A DNA stretch of 64,000 bases from an uncultured Methanosarcinales archaeon (lineage in GTDB: Archaea > Nanobdellota > Nanobdellia > Woesearchaeales > CAYVYK01): positions 133,791 through 197,790 of the forward strand of contig CAYVYK010000002.1 of NCBI GenBank assembly GCA_964455675.1. Direction: 5' to 3'. The notes under the pieces were generated by a model. The model searched no databases. It was not told the origin of the DNA and saw nothing but the letters and a program-made list of their open reading frames with translations. Shown one piece after another: positions 58,931 through 64,000 of the stretch. Every line of letters starts with the position of its first letter. Position 1 is the first letter of the stretch. The position numbers and the translations under genes are program-made.

Positions 58931-61216
58931 ATGGAGAGGATGCAGGTCAGGGTTCAGGATATTGGCACGCTGTGGGTAGAAAATCAAGTGATGATTGTTC
59001 TGTATGCAAAGACGAGCGCTAATCGCAGGATTTGCCTCATCGATCGTTTTGAACCATACTTCTTTGTTTTTCCTCGTGTTGGGGCTGACGTTATCCCGCG
59101 TCTTGAGTCTGTTCGTGTCGCGCTCCCGCAGGGCAAGTTTGGGAGAGTGACGCATATCGAGAGCGAAGTGCTTGTCCGCGACGGAGAGGAAATCCCATGC
59201 CTCAAAGTCTCAGTGAATATTCCCGAGGCGAGTGTTGAGATCGCAAAGCTTGCTCGGGAATGGGAAGAAATTGAAGGATTGAGTTATCATGATGTTGGTT
59301 TTCTCGCATTGTATGCGTTTGAGCGGCAGATCGTCCCGTTCACGATTTACGACGCTGAGATGGAAGCATCCGGAACGCACAAGGGATTGCCGATGTATAA
59401 CCTTGTGTCCATCAAGCCAACTATTGATGTCGTAACCGAGAATAAAGTGTCCTCCATGTATTTCAGCGCAGAATTTCTTGAGCCATTCATGGGGAGGCTG
59501 AGCGAGGATCGCCCGCTTGTGGCATACACGATCATCGATCCTGAGCGCACGAAGACAAGGACATGGAAGCTGTTTCGCCAGGATACGCAGAAGATGCCGT
59601 TCCGTGTGGACTTTGTCCGTAGCGAGATTGAATTAATCGAGGCGCTCAAGCGCGATCTTGAATCGGTAAACATGGATGTCATGTGGGGATTCTATTCTGA
59701 TTTCTTCGAGATTCCCTGGATACTGAGGCGTTGTAGGCATTACCGTATGACGCTCAATGTAGAATGGGATGGATCTCCGCTTCGGGAACCACGGAGCAGA
59801 AAAAGAATGCCGAAGTGGAACGGCCTCGTGCACATTGATATTTTCAGGACTCTTCGAAAGCTTCTTGGATCCACCTCACCTGAGGACATGACGGTTGGTT
59901 CTGCTTCGCTCCTCGATGTGAGCCGGGATGCGGAAGGGCTGAAGTATTGCATGAAGAGCTTTGAGGGCTGTTCATCGATTGAAAAGTACGCAAAGACTCT
60001 CTGGCCATTGTATGAGGAGTTGCTGCATCTGACATCACTCCCGCTCTTCTACGTCAGCCGCATGACGAGAAATCAGGTCATGGAAGCGTTCATGACCAAG
60101 CGGGCGGTTGAAAAGCGGCAGTCCCTTCCAGCAAGGCCCATGAAGGGCGAGCTTGGGTATCGCGTGTCCCACTCCTATCCGCAGGCCCCAGTTCGTGAGG
60201 CAATTCCCGCGTTACATTCTGATGTGATCGTTCTTGATTATCGCCAGTTGTATGCGTATTTGATTCGTACGCATAATCTGTCGCATGAGACATTCTGCTG
60301 CTCCTGCTGCCGCGAGAAGAGCATCTCGCTTGGTGATGAGGAAGTGTGGATGTGTGCCCGCCGTCAGGGTTTCCTTGCAGATGTCGTTGCGGATTTGGAA
60401 GCAAGAGGCGAGAAATCTAGACTTCGTCATATTCTGCTTGCAGGTATGCTTGAGTATCTGAAGTATCCGAAATCACGCTGGTTCTCTCCAGCTCTCAGCA
60501 ATGTTCTCGAAAAGCTCGCACGCCGCGACCTTGAGCCTGTGCTAGGAAAGATTGAAGAGCTTGGCGCAAAGATCCTTTTTGTGAATCACCAGTATGTATT
60601 TCTCTCGTCCAAGGATGCAGACCAGTTGGTGCGAGGTATCACTGAGTTGTCAATCCCGTTTCCGATCGTTGTACGTGGAACCTACACCCGAGCGCTCTTT
60701 GCTCCAAGCCGCACGGGTAAAGGCAGCAGGAAATACGCGCTTCTGAGTGCATCTGGAGATCTTGAATTGATGGGTTTTGAGATCACCCATCAGAATTATT
60801 GTGAGTTTGCACGGAGGATTCAGAAGGAAGTTATTACAAGAATCCTCAAGACCGGCGATCCTGCTCTTGCATTTTCGTATGTGGAAGCGCAGATCGTCAA
60901 GCTGAGATCCCGGCAAGTCCTGTTCGAGTCACTTATCATCCGCAACCGGCTCGCGAAGGATCCGCAAAAATATGAGGTCAAGCTTCCGCACGTTCGTGTT
61001 GCTGAGTCGCTGCAAAGCCAGGGGTATGATCTGCCCCCAGGATCGACTGTTCCCTACGTTATTCGCGAGGGTCCTGGAAAGTTGAGCGATCGTGCCGTGT
61101 ACTCGAGGGACGCGACGCTGGCAGATATTGATACTGAGTATTACATTGCTGGTCAAGTGCTCCCGCTCATCAATCCGCTCTTTCAGTTGTTCGGAAAAGA
61201 AGTACGTGAGGGTTAG
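58931..61216 (+). CDS. Family B DNA polymerase homolog, predicted catalytically inactive
   Basis: PolB architecture (FEPYFFV, KYALL..GFE, PHVRVA, DTEYYI..QVLP) but motif A reads DYRQLYAY and motif C YGDTDS is replaced by FVNHQY. Confidence 0.85.
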   Translation: MERMQVRVQDIGTLWVENQVMIVLYAKTSANRRICLIDRFEPYFFVFPRVGADVIPRLESVRVALPQGKFGRVTHIESEVLVRDGEEIPCLKVSVNIPEASVEIAKLAREWEEIEGLSYHDVGFLALYAFERQIVPFTIYDAEMEASGTHKGLPMYNLVSIKPTIDVVTENKVSSMYFSAEFLEPFMGRLSEDRPLVAYTIIDPERTKTRTWKLFRQDTQKMPFRVDFVRSEIELIEALKRDLESVNMDVMWGFYSDFFEIPWILRRCRHYRMTLNVEWDGSPLREPRSRKRMPKWNGLVHIDIFRTLRKLLGSTSPEDMTVGSASLLDVSRDAEGLKYCMKSFEGCSSIEKYAKTLWPLYEELLHLTSLPLFYVSRMTRNQVMEAFMTKRAVEKRQSLPARPMKGELGYRVSHSYPQAPVREAIPALHSDVIVLDYRQLYAYLIRTHNLSHETFCCSCCREKSISLGDEEVWMCARRQGFLADVVADLEARGEKSRLRHILLAGMLEYLKYPKSRWFSPALSNVLEKLARRDLEPVLGKIEELGAKILFVNHQYVFLSSKDADQLVRGITELSIPFPIVVRGTYTRALFAPSRTGKGSRKYALLSASGDLELMGFEITHQNYCEFARRIQKEVITRILKTGDPALAFSYVEAQIVKLRSRQVLFESLIIRNRLAKDPQKYEVKLPHVRVAESLQSQGYDLPPGSTVPYVIREGPGKLSDRAVYSRDATLADIDTEYYIAGQVLPLINPLFQLFGKEVREG

Positions 61217-61237
61217 GATATATCCCCTTATCGTGTT

Positions 61238-61627
61238 CTAGCGCTTCTTGCGTGCTTTCCCTTTGGTCTCCTGCTTTGGTAATGGCGGCAGATCAGGAGG
61301 TACTTCTGTCTCTTTCCAGAGGACTGAAAAGAGGAATAGCATCGCGGCAGGTATGAAGCCAAGGAAAAAGAGCAGAAGATCCTGGAGGGCCAGAAGGAAG
61401 ATGACTGATTGGAGTGCCATCGCAAGCGTGAGATAAGAGCCTGATGCGATGACGTCGGGTTCTTCGCTCACAACGCCACTGATGAACCAGAACGTGAGAA
61501 TGATGAAGAGGACCGTGATGAGGAGCAGCACAAGGACGCTCGATGGAGCGGTTAAGAGTTGGATAATGTGCGTAATGTAATACATGCAAAGCAGGAGGAG
61601 AATTCCGTAGATCGTGCTCGTCCGCAT
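61238..61627 (-). CDS. Small multi-TM membrane protein
   Basis: About 4 hydrophobic helices, basic tail; TTTAAAT upstream. Confidence 0.65.
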   Translation of the reverse strand: MRTSTIYGILLLLCMYYITHIIQLLTAPSSVLVLLLITVLFIILTFWFISGVVSEEPDVIASGSYLTLAMALQSVIFLLALQDLLLFFLGFIPAAMLFLFSVLWKETEVPPDLPPLPKQETKGKARKKR

Positions 61628-61779
61628 GGCACAGTACGAGGAGGGTATTTATTTAAATTTTTTTATTCTAAAGTAGTAGCAAAAGTGAAAAACCTCGGCC
61701 TAAAGGGGAGAAATTGTCTGTCAAGAAATCCGGTCTGATCATGTTCCAAAGAAGGAAGTATTGATCAAAATTCTTTGCA

Positions 61780-62109
61780 TCAGAATTCTTCAAATTCGTC
61801 GAGCTTGTTAAGGTACCCTTTTTTTCGTAGGAATTCGACTTGGAGCGGTCGGTACTTGAATACGATGTCGCCTTTTTCGTCGCCGCCAAACTCCCATGGC
61901 TCAACGATGACAATATCTCCCTCGCGCACCCAGAGTTTTCTCTTGAGTCTTCCGGGGATGCGGCAGACTCTTGTTTTTGCGTCAAGGCATTTTACTTTCG
62001 TGCGTGATGCTCCATAGCGCTGCTCAAGGACACCAAATACTTCCCGCCCCCGCGGCAGGCGGACTCGTGTAAGCTCAGACAGTTCATCTTCGGTATCCCT
62101 TGGATTCAT
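61780..62109 (-). CDS. eif1a: Translation initiation factor aIF-1A
   Basis: RVRLPR, CLDAKTRVCRIPGRLKRKLWVREGDIVIVEPW, KGDIVFKY. Confidence 0.96.
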   Translation of the reverse strand: MNPRDTEDELSELTRVRLPRGREVFGVLEQRYGASRTKVKCLDAKTRVCRIPGRLKRKLWVREGDIVIVEPWEFGGDEKGDIVFKYRPLQVEFLRKKGYLNKLDEFEEF

Positions 62110-62229
62110 GATTCAAGCGAGAGGAGTATCGTATTTAAATGTTCCTGCTTCTCGGTTACGCGGCACACGTGTAAAAATTTAAGGCGGAGAGAATTACTTT
62201 TAAATACCCGAACTGTCAGGACTGCTTGT

Positions 62230-63057
62230 ATGGCAGTCCTCGCGCTTGACATCGGCGGCACTAATATCAAGTCTGCACTGATTGTCAATGGAAGGGTAAC
62301 AAAATACACGTCCCGTCCGACGTATGCCGGAAAGGGAAGAGCGGAAGTGATTTCTCAGATTGACGCGGCCGTTCGCGAGCTGTGCTCGCCCTCTGTCACA
62401 AGGATCGGCATCTCGATGGCTGGCCCTGCTGATTATGTGAGGGGAGTGTTCACAAAACCCACGAGTCTTCCGCTCGACAAATTCAATATCAAGGAGTATC
62501 TCAAGAGGAAGTATAAGGTTCCTGTTTTCTGCCAGAACGACGCGCGTTGTTTCGCGCTTGGCGAAGCATACTATGGAACTGGTAAGAAAGCGAAGAATCT
62601 TGTGGGCATCACTCTTGGTACCAGTGTCGGTTTTGGCATTGTGATTGGTCGCAAGGCGTATGATGGTCGTGGCAACGCAGGAGAGCTTGCGCACTCGATT
62701 GTGAATTTTGATGATGGTCGGCCTTCGGTCCACGATGTTCTCGGCACAGCATTCATTATTGACGGATTTCCCAAGAGGACGCCAAAAGATGTCTTTTTGC
62801 TTGCGCGTCATGGCAATAGCAAGGCTAAACGTCGCTGGGAGGAGTTTGGCAGGAATCTTGGTGTTGCCATCGCAAATACGGTGCACGGTCTTGATCCTGA
62901 CATCGTTGTGATTGGTGGTAATGTCGCGAACGCGTTCCCCTTCTTCCGCCAAAGCATGCAGCGCGAACTTTCTGCCCGCATGGTATTCCCTCCCTGTCCT
63001 ATCACACAGAGCAAGCTCGATCACGCGATTCTTCTTGGCGCATCCGTCTTGGAATAG
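62230..63057 (+). CDS. ROK family sugar kinase
   Basis: LDIGGTNIK, QNDARCFALGE, ITLGTSVG, GNAGELAH, LDPDIVVIGG. Confidence 0.93.
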   Translation: MAVLALDIGGTNIKSALIVNGRVTKYTSRPTYAGKGRAEVISQIDAAVRELCSPSVTRIGISMAGPADYVRGVFTKPTSLPLDKFNIKEYLKRKYKVPVFCQNDARCFALGEAYYGTGKKAKNLVGITLGTSVGFGIVIGRKAYDGRGNAGELAHSIVNFDDGRPSVHDVLGTAFIIDGFPKRTPKDVFLLARHGNSKAKRRWEEFGRNLGVAIANTVHGLDPDIVVIGGNVANAFPFFRQSMQRELSARMVFPPCPITQSKLDHAILLGASVLE

Positions 63058-63120
63058 ATGCCCGCAGTACGTCCCCAGACGTTTAATTACGCACCGCAAG
63101 GAGAGAACGGCTTACTACAA

Positions 63121-63194
63121 CACGCAAAGGATTTTTCTCCCCGAAGAGAAAAAAGCCGTCCGAAACCAGCCGACCAAAGGGAGGCTGACCGTCC
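63121..63194. repeat. Diverged copy of the two-hairpin element at 8025-8239
   Basis: CACGCAAAGG-hairpin-GCCGTCCGA..CAGCCGACCAAAGGGAGGCTGACCGTCC. Confidence 0.8.
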
Positions 63195-63326
63195 CACTCT
63201 ACTTCCATTGAGAAGGAAGAGATAGTCTCAAATCGCGGATTGATCCTTCTCCGCAACTCCACGAAAACGAGCTTTGTGAGCCCACCAAACGATAGCTTTT
63301 TAAATGGCCTCCTTTTCCTCTGCCGC

Positions 63327-63758
63327 ATGCCAACAATGTTTGACGTTCATCCAAATAAGCTCATTCCTCGTATCGCAGAGGAGCTCAAGAAGGACAGCAA
63401 TATCCACCCACCTCGGTGGGCGGAGTTTGTGAAGACGGGAGCGCACGCTGAACGCCCGCCTGTAGATCCAGACTGGTGGTTTGTGCGCTGTGCGTCCGTC
63501 CTGCGAACATTGAAGACGAGAGGCCCCATCGGTGTCTCAAAGCTTCGGGTGAAGTATGGAGGCAAGCGCAACAGGGGCATGAAGCCCGAAGAATTCCGCA
63601 AGGCTTCCGGTAACATCATCAGAAAAGTGCTGCAGCAGCTTGAGAAGGGCGGCTATGCAAAGTCGGTTGAGAAGAGCCAGAAGAAGGGACGGATTATTAC
63701 ACCAAAGGGTGTCGCCCTGCTCGACAAAACAGCCGCGAAGATCCTGAAAAATGGATGA
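63327..63758 (+). CDS. rps19e: 30S ribosomal protein S19e
   Basis: PPRWAEFVKTGAHAERPP..PDWWFVRCASVLR, GPIGVSKLRVKYGG, ASGNIIRKVLQQLE. Confidence 0.97.
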   Translation: MPTMFDVHPNKLIPRIAEELKKDSNIHPPRWAEFVKTGAHAERPPVDPDWWFVRCASVLRTLKTRGPIGVSKLRVKYGGKRNRGMKPEEFRKASGNIIRKVLQQLEKGGYAKSVEKSQKKGRIITPKGVALLDKTAAKILKNG

Positions 63759-64000
63759 AGACGATTATCGCAGAGAGCTTGACGAGCAAGCGCGACTGGA
63801 GCAGCAGATCCAGCAACTTGAGATGCTTGTTCGTTCACGGTTCACGAAAGGCGCCCTTGAAAGGTTTGGCGCGCTGAAAAGCGCTCATCCCGAGAAGGCG
63901 GTGCAGGTCCTGCTCATCCTGGGCCAGCTGATCGACGCTGGTAAGGCTAAGACCGTGGATGAGAACCAGCTTCGGGAACTGCTTTCGCATATCAGCCCAA
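63751..64000 (+). CDS. PDCD5/TFAR19-like DNA-binding protein; partial, runs off the right end
   Basis: Not in ORF track; FTKGALERFGALKSAHPEKAVQV...VDENQLRELL; usual position downstream of rps19e in archaea. Confidence 0.88.
   Translation, partial: MDEDDYRRELDEQARLEQQIQQLEMLVRSRFTKGALERFGALKSAHPEKAVQVLLILGQLIDAGKAKTVDENQLRELLSHISP

Noticed and set aside
61685..61712. IS200/IS605-like end remnant (AACCTCGGCCTAAAGGGGAG)
   Set aside because: Only a partial, imperfect palindrome, with no transposase or TnpB nearby.
62200..63099. 299-aa minus-strand ORF
   Set aside because: Antisense to the well-supported ROK kinase, with no motifs of its own.
63058..63300. RNase P or SRP RNA in this intergenic region
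   Set aside because: Only a short AACGGCTTA resemblance; the other universally conserved elements were not found.

Overview
Gene-dense archaeal contig, most likely a DPANN (Woesearchaeota-like) genome. This is inferred from aIF-1A, ribosomal protein eS19, a PDCD5-like protein, a TRAM protein, TATA-like promoters and many Cys-rich surface proteins. One 10-N gap splits a tRNA dihydrouridine synthase gene. Main content: a type IV pilus-like ATPase plus membrane platform, six pilin-like genes, an ApbE/ferric-reductase flavinylation operon, adjacent bacterial-type lspA and plsC-like genes, very large anchored surface enzymes (2842, 1772 and 1373 aa), a double nucleotidyltransferase-HEPN-like protein and a catalytically inactivated family B DNA polymerase. 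Most notable observations: (1) the flavinylation operon has no FMN-binding-domain substrate but encodes a membrane-tethered stalk protein ending in TTTRAS; (2) a ~75-nt two-hairpin element is repeated upstream of that operon and recurs 55 kb away with compensatory base changes; (3) a ~40-aa C-terminal 'MRxxGxS..I...L...GW' tail is shared by three unrelated membrane-anchored proteins; (4) a GTATAC-N6-GTATAC motif lies next to two promoters. No rRNA, tRNA, CRISPR-Cas or transposase was recognised by eye. All product calls come from motif reading, not database searches.
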